The notes: generated by a model from the letters alone, not told the origin. A stretch of DNA of 64,000 bases from Nanobdellota archaeon (GCA_038045705.1 JBBSXO010000003.1:9237-73236), one strand, 5' to 3'. Numbered from the stretch's first letter, positions 27,901-36,770 are shown. Program-made: numbers and translations.

Positions 27901-30876
27901 CTGTTCACCCTGATCATACCAAGCTAACACATATTTATCATTATCAATTGTAGCACTAGCAACCTGCGCAGCAGTTCCAACAGCACTATCTATAGCAGTA
28001 TCAGTAACAACTTCCGTTCCTGCATGATCAACTAAGTGATATATCGCATCATCATCACCTCCAGCATCATAATCTACAGCAACAAGGCTAGTAGCATTTA
28101 CAACATCACAATCAGCTCTATCTTGTAATCCACCTTCTGGAACTACTGCAGCATTGACATCTGTTTCAGTTCCAATAAGAGTACCAGTTTGTGCATCAAA
28201 TCTTATCATATCTAAGTCTCCTTCAGTTGAGTCTACATAACAATAAGCAATTAAAGTTGTATTAAATGCAGTCAAAGCAATCTCATGTAATGCAGTACCT
28301 ATAGAACCATCGGTAGTTACAGGACTGAAATAATAAGTTCCATCAGTTTTAAAACCAGCTCTCCACTCAGCAGAAGTATTTGTCCAGCCAATTACAAAAA
28401 AAGTAGAGTTGATGCTAGCTACAGCAACTCTTGTTACGTTATTAGTCCTGTTATAACCATCACCACTTCCAGTAGCAATAGTTACTGGTTGTAAGATAGT
28501 TGTACCATCAGTATTCATTATTTGAAACTGAACAGTATTACCAGTTCTATTTAGATAAGTCATTACGTAACTTTCAGAAGTTAATGGAGCTAAACCAACA
28601 TCTCCAAGAAAACCATTCAATGCAGTAGACGGATCTATAATATGATCAAATTCAACCTCCCCGCCTGTAACAAGCAAATCAAAAGTATCTTGATTTCTAT
28701 CTCCAAGATTGTTCAAATATATTTTATTATATTCATTTTCAGTTAAATTATAAAATCGCGCAAGAGATTCATTTGAGTCTTTCTCAAAAACATTTATAAT
28801 AATATCAGATATATTTGTACCATTAGTTGCACGAGAATAAATAGTAATATCATTGATAGATGTTAAATTGGTTTCAAAAGTCACCCTTACATAATGTCCA
28901 TCAGGAATAGATTCACTCCAAATGTTATCTAATTCTCTGGTTTCATTATAAATATTTGAAATAAAACCATAAGTTTCATTAAGGTGTTGAGCATCAATTA
29001 TAACAATTATATTAAAAGTTTGATTACTTAAATGAGGAGCAATCCATTGAATATAATCATAATTTCCATCATTATTAGAGTCATTTATAGAAAAGACTTC
29101 CAAGATAGAATTATTTTCTACCCATTCTATGACAATGGAAGAAGAATCTTTTAATTCAAGATTATCAGAAAGATTTGTAAAAACAAGAACATTTTCATAA
29201 TGCACATCAGCAGGACTTGAAACATGTAATGTTTTTTGAGTAAAATCTAATATGTTTTCTTTAACAGCAGGAGCATCAGTATAATATTCCACTTCAACCC
29301 CCAAATCAGATTGTTGAAGCTCAATAGAAATTTCTTGAACATCAACTCCTAATTCTTCAACAACATTCCCCGTAATACTGAAAAATTTAAGTATTTTAGA
29401 GAAGAAAGAATCAAGATTTGCATCTTTCTCCGCGCTAATATCAGCAGTAACTTCCCCATTTATTCCAACAAATAAGTTTGAGATAGAAGTTTCAGCAATG
29501 CCAGAGATTTCATGAGACTCATTTAAATCAGAAGTTATTTTATTAATTGTGATATTCTCTGCACTAGCTGGTACCTCAATAGTCAAATTTAAACTATCGT
29601 TTAATTCCAAAGAAACTGTCTTAGTCCATCTAACTGGTTGTCCAATAACTGCTGTAAATTGTTTTGTTTTAACATCAACTGAAGTTTCATTAAAAAATGT
29701 TTTATTTATCTCAGTCATATTTTCAATAATTGTCTCATTTGTCAAAGTTTGATTAATAATAGATTCATTTAATATTGCGATATCCAAATCAGACTCGATA
29801 ACTTCAGCTTCAAATAATTCTTCATTTAAAATAGTTATATCTTCAGAAGCTTCGACAATGACATTTCCTTGATAAATCAAGGAGATAGTTAATTTATCTT
29901 CTTTATCCGCAATCAATTCAAGAGCACCCATATCAATAATTATTTCTTCACTTTCATCAGAAATATAATCTTCTCCAAATCCTTCTCTCTCTATATAATA
30001 ATCAGTAGATACAATTAATTCATCATTCTTTATTTTAAATTCAACATCCTCGTCATTTAAAGAGTTCCCATCATAAGAAACACTTCCTTCAATAAGAGAA
30101 GCAGTTTCGCTATCAGACAGAACATAAGAAAATGCATTTTCTTTAGAAGTCTGACCATTTATAATTTTCAGATCTGAAATAGCATCTCCAGTTATAATTG
30201 AATCAGAAGATTCTAAAGAGCTTTCTTCGGTAGACTCAGTACTTTCAGCCTCAGTCTCAGGTTCTTCAGGACTACTTTCACTAGTTGATCCATCACCAGT
30301 TTGTTGAATTTCCTCATTTGTTTGTTCTTCAGGAATAATCTCAGACTCGTCAGAATTAAATGATTCAGAGCCTACATTCTCTTCAATCTTAATTATAGAA
30401 AAATCAAAATCAACAAACGGATATTCAATTACCTTTCCTGGGACTCCATAACCTTCACCACTTCCAGATAAAGAAACACCTTCTGCATAGAATTCTCCGT
30501 AAACAAGTTCATCAGAAACTAATTCAGATAAATTAAATATTTTCGAAGTATTTCCGTAAGCAACTAAAACTAAAGAGTTAGATGGAATAAGTTCTCCATG
30601 AAATAAATCAAATCTAAGCACACCATTAATTGACTCACCAAAATTATAATTCTTATCTATATCCAGAGATACATTCCCAGTAAAACTAAATGAAAAAAAG
30701 TAAAATGCCAAAAAAATAATTGCAAATATCAAAAAGCCTTTTAGTAAAATTTTATCATTATTTCTCAAACCAGAACCTAAATAAGTAGTTACAACTTTGC
30801 CATTAATACGTCTAGTCTCATAATAATAAGGACCAAACCTCTTACCATTTTTATAAGTATATTTTTTGTGTACCAC
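24925..30876 (-). CDS. Giant (1983 aa) N-terminally anchored cell-surface protein, extremely rich in N-glycosylation sequons, with an internal duplicated ~112-aa module
   Basis: N-terminal TM LLKGFLIFAIIFLAFYFFSFSF. By eye, far more than 100 N-x-S/T sites. Two near-identical PYNGTALILNSTLGLNRTLEDLNVRTTLLDL...LPNV modules. Confidence 0.8.
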   Translation of the reverse strand: MVHKKYTYKNGKRFGPYYYETRRINGKVVTTYLGSGLRNNDKILLKGFLIFAIIFLAFYFFSFSFTGNVSLDIDKNYNFGESINGVLRFDLFHGELIPSNSLVLVAYGNTSKIFNLSELVSDELVYGEFYAEGVSLSGSGEGYGVPGKVIEYPFVDFDFSIIKIEENVGSESFNSDESEIIPEEQTNEEIQQTGDGSTSESSPEEPETEAESTESTEESSLESSDSIITGDAISDLKIINGQTSKENAFSYVLSDSETASLIEGSVSYDGNSLNDEDVEFKIKNDELIVSTDYYIEREGFGEDYISDESEEIIIDMGALELIADKEDKLTISLIYQGNVIVEASEDITILNEELFEAEVIESDLDIAILNESIINQTLTNETIIENMTEINKTFFNETSVDVKTKQFTAVIGQPVRWTKTVSLELNDSLNLTIEVPASAENITINKITSDLNESHEISGIAETSISNLFVGINGEVTADISAEKDANLDSFFSKILKFFSITGNVVEELGVDVQEISIELQQSDLGVEVEYYTDAPAVKENILDFTQKTLHVSSPADVHYENVLVFTNLSDNLELKDSSSIVIEWVENNSILEVFSINDSNNDGNYDYIQWIAPHLSNQTFNIIVIIDAQHLNETYGFISNIYNETRELDNIWSESIPDGHYVRVTFETNLTSINDITIYSRATNGTNISDIIINVFEKDSNESLARFYNLTENEYNKIYLNNLGDRNQDTFDLLVTGGEVEFDHIIDPSTALNGFLGDVGLAPLTSESYVMTYLNRTGNTVQFQIMNTDGTTILQPVTIATGSGDGYNRTNNVTRVAVASINSTFFVIGWTNTSAEWRAGFKTDGTYYFSPVTTDGSIGTALHEIALTAFNTTLIAYCYVDSTEGDLDMIRFDAQTGTLIGTETDVNAAVVPEGGLQDRADCDVVNATSLVAVDYDAGGDDDAIYHLVDHAGTEVVTDTAIDSAVGTAAQVASATIDNDKYVLAWYDQGEQDITIAINDLAGNSILSATDVDTAVGSSSRLSIATVFNKSTNSDNFVVAYFNQSAGDIVAVAYNGSGTMVTQNFIVESFANTAPALYYAVGKNPATGMSLCNETWVITYTNSSDKSITKTYWLNGTLWDGNCPFTPVFGLFNETILNNSAYVNNAVYAFNITITDSNGTAGFEFNGTNRSVSNLSATMFNSTIANIAAGTYSYYWWSYGPGSTYNISGTRNYVIARNTSQLNLTLNGTQSNITISSGGSILLNGTLILGDPGGNLQLYNNGTLINQRPTEVSNLTSFSGIGIYNITVSYAQTQNYSQSLINYNVTVISGDSAPYNGTALILNSTLGLNRTLEDLNVRTTLLDLDNNTMNVTVRWYNNSILHLTQAYNLSYSNGTTFIATLDDGNTTKGHNWSVGLTIYDSLNNFNVNSSNLTILNSLPNVTLISPANDSLSYNTSDQTFYFAHSDDDLDEITGLQFNLSINSLCEDSQYNGQNIESLGAVSQHSISVSVSCFSESYLWSLRALGSGANGTYAPYYTITFEQDSPPSIALNQPLNDSNFSFGSSLSFNWTATDDHSSTMSCNLTIDNLVNSSNINSPSGSMVNLSVVGFSSGTHGWNVTCADTTQNIATSQTRTFRINNIPYNGTALILNSTLGLNRTLEDLNVRTTLLDLNNDTMNVTVRWYNNSILHLTQAYNLSYSNGTTFIATLDDGNTTKGHNWSVGLTIYDPLNNFNVNSSNLTILNSLPNVSLIAPANGSSTINRTNQNFTWVASDDDGDAIKNYTVNISLIAQSTCVDSNYNGGTGYEFGNSLSFTLLDLGNPLNCLFDNLDSYRWSVSASDGSFGSYSDPFNLKVQAYINIVMNISLIEFGNLGYLKNNDTSDNFPKPFILINEGNVLNDIDVEGTSLWQSVTNPTDNYKFKFDNVTTNGISENGSFNWTETIIGYSNIPLVADDISDLVDLKYADTTDSVEVDINVTVPSSDGPGVKSSTITFTIELGSGDTY
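25692..26030. repeat. Intragenic duplication, copy 1 (~340 nt, near-identical to 26613-26951)
   Basis: Long identical strings are shared with copy 2 (taacattaggtaaagaattcaa...ccatcttactgtaacattcat). Confidence 0.8.
26613..26951. repeat. Intragenic duplication, copy 2 (offset 921 nt, in frame)
   Basis: Same as copy 1. Divergence is seen only at the edges. Confidence 0.8.
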
Positions 30877-30969
30877 TTTTTATAAAAAAGAGTTCTCTTA
30901 CACCTCTTTTTATATAATGATTTAGAAAATAATCTTTATAAGCATTTCCAAGTAAGAATAAAGGTTCTC

Positions 30970-31359
30970 TTACAAGATTTTTTGCTTAAATTCAAGATTC
31001 CTATGCAATTTATCTATATTTTCTTCACAAACAAAATCATGTTGCCTAAATCCACCACCAAAGGTTTTAGGAATATGGAGGAGTTCATGTATTATTACCT
31101 TATCCTGATTAATCTTATTCAATTTATCAAACTTTTCAAGAAACTCTATTGTATAAAAAGCATTAGTTTTCATCCCTTTCTGCATAACTTTACCTATAGT
31201 GTGGCAACGAGCAATAGTTCTTTTAGTACTACTTCCAAAACTTCTTAAACATTCAACTCTCTCAAGATTAATATGATCCATCTTAAGAGCGTTAACTATC
31301 TCAACAAGCCTCTCTTTCAAATCAGGAGCATAATCATATTTCATATCATCACTAACCAA
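30970..31359 (-). CDS. HExxH zinc-metallopeptidase-like protein (SprT/Wss1-like)
   Basis: HELLHIPKTFGGGFRQHDF motif. 129 aa. Confidence 0.4.
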   Translation of the reverse strand: MVSDDMKYDYAPDLKERLVEIVNALKMDHINLERVECLRSFGSSTKRTIARCHTIGKVMQKGMKTNAFYTIEFLEKFDKLNKINQDKVIIHELLHIPKTFGGGFRQHDFVCEENIDKLHRNLEFKQKIL

Positions 31360-31393
31360 GAAAGAGAATATGTCATTTTTAAAAGCTATTATC

Positions 31394-31612
31394 TTAAACT
31401 TTTATCTCAATAATCTTTTTTCTACTTTTAGGATTTTTAATGTGAATATCTACAAATAAAACATTAAATTTTTTGGCAAGCATCTTAATCACTATAATAT
31501 TAGCCCTACCATCTAAAGCTCTTTCTTTTGTATAAATCAAATAAGTTCCATCACTACACTCCTCGATGCCATTTTTTAATGATCCGGGTTTAACTTTAAC
31601 ATAGATTATCAT
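31394..31612 (-). CDS. DUF167 (YggU-like) protein
   Basis: YVKVKPGS...ALDGRANIIVIKMLAKKFNV...SRKKIIEI pattern. 72 aa. Overlaps the GTPase gene by 4 nt. Confidence 0.5.
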   Translation of the reverse strand: MIIYVKVKPGSLKNGIEECSDGTYLIYTKERALDGRANIIVIKMLAKKFNVLFVDIHIKNPKSRKKIIEIKV

Positions 31613-32784
31613 CTAGTCATTATCTCCAAACCATCAAGATTCTTAATAATATAATCCTTCCCAACAGCTTGTTTTGTTTTCAAATTTATTGCCTTGACAA
31701 ACTTATCCCCTATATCACTATGAAGGCGATAAGCGAAATCAAGAGCAGTTGAGTCTGGAGGCATTAAAAAACAATCGGGTAAGACATTTCCCTTGCTGTC
31801 TTCCATTTTAGCACCAGCTGGAAAAACAGCGATATATTTTAATAAATCAAAAACAATATAATTCAAAACATTCTGCACACCGGTAGAACCAAATTCAACC
31901 ATAACTTTTCTAATCATTTCAAGAGCAGATTTTTGAGGATCATTCAAATTCCCAAGAATAGTGAAGTCTTTTTCACCGGGAATATATTTAATTATTCCAA
32001 TCTTATCTGCTTGACGCAAACTCAATTCACCATCGGCAAAGCAAGGAACCAATGGATGGCTAAATTTATTTTTTATTTTATTAAAATTAGAGATACCATT
32101 AGGTCTATCAACTTTATTAGCAGCAATAATCATAGGTTTAGTATAAATCCTCAAAGCGCGAGCAAACTTGAATAAATCATCATCACTCCAGACAGATGGC
32201 TTTCTAATATCAAATTTTTCTTTAATTACTACATGATTAATATCATCTTCTGTAACCTTCAAACCAGAAAACTGTTTAGCAACAGTCTTAGCAAATTGTC
32301 CCTTTTGCATTTCCATACTTTTCATAAGTGTTACCCAGGCTCTTTTTAAAACTCCTAGATACCATAAATCTAACTCTCTTTCAATAATTTCTATATCTTT
32401 GGAAGGATCATAATTATCTGTCTGTTTTCCTTCAGCATCTGTTTCTCCAGACATATCAACTACATGAATAAAAGCATCAACTCCCGCTAAATCATCAAGA
32501 AACTGGTTTCCTAAACCTTTTCCAAGAGAAGCTCCTTCTACTAAACCAGCAACATCAAACAAATCAATTGGTACAAATCTCCAACCATCACGAACATATC
32601 CTTGTCTTGGATTCGAAACCTTCCCAAAATCAGCAGCTAAATCATGAATCTTAACATATGCCATTCCATGATTTGGTTTAATAGTTGCGAAAGGATAATT
32701 TGCAATAAGAACATCCTGCAACGTAGATGCCTTAAAGAAAGTTGACTTGCCTACGTTAGGCTTTCCAAGTAATCCTATAATCAT
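31609..32784 (-). CDS. Obg-family GTPase with C-terminal TGS domain (YchF/DRG-like)
   Basis: G1 GKPNVGKST, ANYPFATIKPN, G4 NKVD, and a C-terminal DFAYRLHSDIGDKFVKA TGS-like segment. Confidence 0.7.
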   Translation of the reverse strand: MIIGLLGKPNVGKSTFFKASTLQDVLIANYPFATIKPNHGMAYVKIHDLAADFGKVSNPRQGYVRDGWRFVPIDLFDVAGLVEGASLGKGLGNQFLDDLAGVDAFIHVVDMSGETDAEGKQTDNYDPSKDIEIIERELDLWYLGVLKRAWVTLMKSMEMQKGQFAKTVAKQFSGLKVTEDDINHVVIKEKFDIRKPSVWSDDDLFKFARALRIYTKPMIIAANKVDRPNGISNFNKIKNKFSHPLVPCFADGELSLRQADKIGIIKYIPGEKDFTILGNLNDPQKSALEMIRKVMVEFGSTGVQNVLNYIVFDLLKYIAVFPAGAKMEDSKGNVLPDCFLMPPDSTALDFAYRLHSDIGDKFVKAINLKTKQAVGKDYIIKNLDGLEIMTR

Positions 32785-32888
32785 AAAACAATCATAAAAT
32801 CTAGTATTTTAATTGTTTCCTATCAGACAACTTCAATTTTAATAGAACTCTTAAGTATATTTATAAGTAAGTTATTCTCATAGACATA

Positions 32889-33422
32889 ATGAAAAACAAG
32901 ATAATTATTTTACCAGCATTAGCAATTTTAATGCTATTTGTAATAATGGGAGTAGCATCAGCTTGTTCATGTATATATCTAGAGGATACACAAGCAAGAA
33001 TCGAGAATGCAGACTATGTATTCACAGGAAAGATATCTGAGATAAGATTATCAGGTTCAGAATATAATAAAGAACAGGAAGCTACAATTAGAATAACGCA
33101 ATATTGGAAACCATCAAGTTTCCCAGAATCAGTAAATCTCATATTTTATTCCACAAGAGATACAGGAGCTAACTGTGGATATAATTTTGAAGAAGGAAAA
33201 GAATACCTTATTTATGCAAGTTTAGACGCTGAAACAGGTAAAATCTCAACAAACTCTTGCATGGGAAATTTATTACTAGAAGAATCAAAAGATGAAATAA
33301 ACGAGCTTAATGACTTAATTGAACCAGTTTCAAGACCAGGAACGAATGATGGAAAAGTAGAGCCTATTCAAAAAAGTGTCTTTTCAAGATTAATTGATTG
33401 GATAAAGAGTCTATTTTCTTAA
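32889..33422 (+). CDS. Secreted TIMP-like (N-TIMP/NTR OB-fold) domain protein
   Basis: Signal peptide ends ...GVASA|CSC. The mature N-terminus is Cys-Ser-Cys, with Cys at mature positions 1, 3, 71 and 99. NADYVFTGKI and GKEYLIYAS are the blocks I align to my recollection of TIMP-2. Confidence 0.55.
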   Translation: MKNKIIILPALAILMLFVIMGVASACSCIYLEDTQARIENADYVFTGKISEIRLSGSEYNKEQEATIRITQYWKPSSFPESVNLIFYSTRDTGANCGYNFEEGKEYLIYASLDAETGKISTNSCMGNLLLEESKDEINELNDLIEPVSRPGTNDGKVEPIQKSVFSRLIDWIKSLFS

Positions 33423-33473
33423 TTCTAGTAAACCGAAACATTAAAAAGAACTATTTATGATTTGATACTATCG

Positions 33474-33602
33474 AGCCCATAGCTCAGCCCGGTTAGAGCA
33501 CTGCTCTTATATGATTGTGCTTCACAAGAAGCATAAGTTCAAGCTATAAAGCTAACAGCTAAGAACAGCAGGGGTCCCAGGTTCAAATCCTGGTGGGCTC
33601 AT
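33474..33602 (+). tRNA. Intron-containing tRNA, probably tRNA-Ile(UAU) (54-nt intron after position 37)
   Basis: Acceptor gagccca/tgggctc, D-stem gctc/gagc, anticodon stem ctgct/agcag, loop cttata|intron|c, T-arm ccagg-ttcaaat-cctgg. The anticodon depends on canonical intron placement. Confidence 0.6.
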
Positions 33603-33658
33603 TAAAAACAGTATTTGAACACAACAATCATTTTAAACGAAAAACATTAACTCAAAAC

Positions 33659-34072
33659 ATGGGAGATGGAAGACCTAGACCTTTAAAAGGAGGAATGTTT
33701 GCATTTGCATATTCTTTTCTTTCAAGTGTGAGATATTTAGTAAATGAGGATTATCAAATTCCTCATAGATCCAATCCAGATTTACATAAATCATTAGAAA
33801 GAGCTTTGGAAGAAGCACCACAAGATCTCAAAGAGATGTTTCATTTCAGAGGTAGCGTGTTTAGTATGTCTGAAGAGTTAGATGATTTAATAACCATAGG
33901 CCAAGATGCAATGCTTATAGAAACAGCAGATAGAGGCTATAAAATAACATTTTCTAGATGGAATGCAAAAGATATATTAAAAGAAAGTAGATATGATAAG
34001 GAACAAATAGGAGCAATCCAATCCCTTGCAAAAAGATTTGTAGAAAATTTAGCACAACCAAGAACTAATTAA
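33659..34072 (+). CDS. Hypothetical protein (start moved to an internal ATG; the ORF-track start overlaps the tRNA)
   Basis: MGDGRPRPLKGGMF... No motif recognised. Confidence 0.4.
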   Translation: MGDGRPRPLKGGMFAFAYSFLSSVRYLVNEDYQIPHRSNPDLHKSLERALEEAPQDLKEMFHFRGSVFSMSEELDDLITIGQDAMLIETADRGYKITFSRWNAKDILKESRYDKEQIGAIQSLAKRFVENLAQPRTN

Positions 34073-34475
34073 AAGGACTAAAACCTTTTTTCAACAAATT
34101 TTCAATTGGTAAAAATAGAGGTTTAGGTAATTGATTCCAACTAAACCATTTCCATTCTTCACATTTTTCAGGCTCCATAATTCTAACCTCGCCACTAACA
34201 TAATCACCAATCAAAAACAAAGTGATGTAATGTTTTCCTTCAGAAATATGCAAGTCATTAGTAAATGTTGCAAATTTTAAATTCTCAATATTAATTCCAG
34301 CTTCCTCTAGAATCTCACGTTTAGCACATTCCTCAACTTCTTCATTAAATTCTAAGTGTCCTCCAGGAAAAGACCAAGTTCCATTACCATGTAAGCTTTT
34401 GCGCTTACCTAGAAGAACCTTGCCGTCTTTAACGACTATTGCGGCAACTCCAACTTTAGGCCCATTATCAATCAT
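34065..34475 (-). CDS. NUDIX hydrolase
   Basis: Nudix box GGHLEFNEEVEECAKREILEEAGI. Confidence 0.85.
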   Translation of the reverse strand: MIDNGPKVGVAAIVVKDGKVLLGKRKSLHGNGTWSFPGGHLEFNEEVEECAKREILEEAGINIENLKFATFTNDLHISEGKHYITLFLIGDYVSGEVRIMEPEKCEEWKWFSWNQLPKPLFLPIENLLKKGFSPFN

Positions 34476-35455
34476 TTCTTACAAACTACCAAAGCATACT
34501 CATTACCTTGATCAACAATTATTTTAGGATTAGAAAAATACATTTTACAAAATTCTTCAAACTCCTTAGAATAATATTTGTAAAGAGCAGCAACCACAAA
34601 CTCATCACCTGCTTTAAAATCAACTTTCTTTCCATCAATATTTTTAGTAAACTCATTCTTTAATTTATAGACAAATTCTATACGAGAATTTCCAAACCTA
34701 ACATCAAACTCAAAATCTCCTTCACTAAAGCCAAGACCAAACATTAAATGCTTTAACCAATCATGAAAAGCAGGGTTTTTGTATTTATGAATATCCACAA
34801 GTCTATCTCCAACTCGAATACCATTTCCTATAATAAGAACATCTCCTTTAGACAGATCTCTTTCAAGTTCAAATAAATATTCATTAATATCGAAACAAGC
34901 TATTACACCACCAAGTAAGACAACAACATTTTTTAGATAATTATCAGATTTTAATTTTTTAGCAATTGGTCTCAATGCTCGCCCATCTCCAGAAGAAAGA
35001 AATGGTTTACATTCTTTCAAATTAGAAAATCCAGCCTTATTAACATTAGAAACAGCAAGGTCAAGCAAATATTGAGAAGAATTTAAAGGACAATACCTAA
35101 TATTCACATTACCAGAAGTAATAGAATTAAATTCTTTAATAAACTCAACAACTTTAAGTCCGTCACCACAATAAATATCTATTAAGTTAAAATTTTCATT
35201 CCCAACATCTTCCGCAATGAGTCTTGCCTGTTTCTTAATCATTTCAACTTCCATATCAAAAAACTGCTTGCTATAAATAGGATTTTTAGAAAATTTTAAA
35301 AAACCTTTTGCTAAATCATCAGTTAGACCAAGATATTGTAACTCTGTCAATTCCCAAGATTTATTCCCATTAGATCTAGAAAAACCATTTTTGAGAAAAC
35401 CCTGTAACAAAACATCGTGCAACCATAAGTTTGCTTCAGACTTTGTAACAGTCAT
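34472..35455 (-). CDS. SAM-dependent methyltransferase-like protein (EgtD/Methyltransf_33-like?)
   Basis: Motif-I-like LIDIYCGDGLKVVEF. ~327 aa. Overlaps the NUDIX gene by 4 nt. Confidence 0.4.
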   Translation of the reverse strand: MTVTKSEANLWLHDVLLQGFLKNGFSRSNGNKSWELTELQYLGLTDDLAKGFLKFSKNPIYSKQFFDMEVEMIKKQARLIAEDVGNENFNLIDIYCGDGLKVVEFIKEFNSITSGNVNIRYCPLNSSQYLLDLAVSNVNKAGFSNLKECKPFLSSGDGRALRPIAKKLKSDNYLKNVVVLLGGVIACFDINEYLFELERDLSKGDVLIIGNGIRVGDRLVDIHKYKNPAFHDWLKHLMFGLGFSEGDFEFDVRFGNSRIEFVYKLKNEFTKNIDGKKVDFKAGDEFVVAALYKYYSKEFEEFCKMYFSNPKIIVDQGNEYALVVCKK

Positions 35456-35617
35456 AAATCTTCTGAGAATACATCCTTTTTATGTTTTACTATGGATATT
35501 TCACTGTACATTGATGAACAGCAAAAACGTTTAAAAATTGCATTCGATAACAATTTTTAAGCCTATTAACGTCAGTTAATAATGTTTAAAAGGCATCTTT
35601 AACAATAAAAAAGATAA

Positions 35618-35690
35618 GCCCTTGTAGTCTAGTGGTCAAGGACGCGGCCCTTTCGCGGCCGAAACCCGGGTTCAAATCCCGGCAGGGGCA
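35618..35690 (+). tRNA. tRNA-Glu(UUC)
   Basis: Acceptor gcccttg/caggggc, D gtct/ggac, anticodon stem cggcc/ggccg, loop cTTTCgc, T-arm ccggg-ttcaaat-cccgg. Confidence 0.85.
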
Positions 35691-35693
35691 TAC

Positions 35694-35738
35694 CGACTTT
35701 AGCTCACATCCCTCCTAAAGTCGAAGGATATAATCCTT
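35694..35738 (+). terminator. Tandem hairpins immediately 3' of tRNA-Glu (9-bp stem cgactttag/ctaaagtcg, then aagga/tcctt)
   Basis: Perfect inverted repeats are seen in the sequence. Their position suggests a transcript 3'-end or processing structure. Confidence 0.3.
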
Positions 35739-35890
35739 CTCGACAAACTTTATTAGTGTTCGCCACAAACGGACATGAACATACACAACTTAAAGAGACG
35801 ATATGAAAGAATACAAAAGAGACTACGAGAATTACCTCTTCTAGAAAACAATAGACAAAATGTATAAATACTCCTAAACTTTTTATAAGT

Positions 35891-36406
35891 ATGAAGTGGT
35901 GGTTAGTTATTATTTTACTTATTGTTCTTTTCTTTGCTCTATTCTTTACTTTTAATCCGCTCTCAAAAAATGTTGGAACTGACGAATCTGTTAGTGGTCA
36001 ATTGAACAGCAATCAATCTGCCATTGAGAATAATAATGAATTTATTGCTGAAAATTCTACTAATACAAATGATACTTTAAATAACGAAGAAGCGGTTTCT
36101 AACGGTATTTGTCCTTTAGATAATTTGTTTTCACATAATGTTATATGTGAATGCCCTGATGAATATACAAAAATTGGTTGGAGTTTGGGTGGAAGATGGT
36201 CTAATGGAACTTATGGTTGGTATTATTGTGATATAAACAAAGATTGGCAGGAATTTGAAAGATGTAATTCCGAAACAGATTGCACACACCCTTATGTTTG
36301 TATAGCTCGTCATAGTTATAAAAATGATTTTAGGTGTTCACCTCCATTATATAGAGATACCTTAGGATCACGATGTGATCTTAATGGTGTTTGTGGCACG
36401 GCTTAA
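35891..36406 (+). CDS. Secreted Cys-rich small protein
   Basis: N-terminal TM or signal sequence, an N/S/T-rich linker, and 10 Cys in the last ~100 aa. Confidence 0.5.
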   Translation: MKWWLVIILLIVLFFALFFTFNPLSKNVGTDESVSGQLNSNQSAIENNNEFIAENSTNTNDTLNNEEAVSNGICPLDNLFSHNVICECPDEYTKIGWSLGGRWSNGTYGWYYCDINKDWQEFERCNSETDCTHPYVCIARHSYKNDFRCSPPLYRDTLGSRCDLNGVCGTA

Positions 36407-36512
36407 ATCAAATCAAAATGCCATTGGAGCCTCAAGTGCAACAATAAATACATTACTCTTATTCTACCTGCGTCTTACAAAGATTTATAAGTAAGGAATT
36501 TCTTACTTTACA

Positions 36513-36770
36513 ATGGAAGTTAAAATAATAAAAGTCACAGATAAGGGTCAGATCTCTTTGCCTATTAGTATGCGTCAATCTTTGGGAATTAATCAAGGAG
36601 ATGATTTAATAGTGACTAGAGCAGATGACTGTGTAATAATAAAGAAAGTGAAAAAAGAGGATTTTAGAGATTTGCTAAAACTTTCAGAGCTTTCTCTCAA
36701 AGAAATCTGGGATAACAAAGAAGACGATATTTGGAATGATTATTTAAAACCAGAGAAGTCTAAAAAATGA
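36513..36770 (+). CDS. mazE: AbrB/MazE-type antitoxin
   Basis: IIKVTDKGQISLPISMRQSLGINQGDDLIV swapped-hairpin signature. Overlaps mazF by 4 nt. Confidence 0.7.
   Translation: MEVKIIKVTDKGQISLPISMRQSLGINQGDDLIVTRADDCVIIKKVKKEDFRDLLKLSELSLKEIWDNKEDDIWNDYLKPEKSKK

Noticed and set aside
33593-33658. ORF-track start of 33593-34072 overlapping the tRNA 3' end
   Set aside because: It overlaps the tRNA acceptor stem and T-arm. An internal ATG at 33659 gives a non-overlapping gene.
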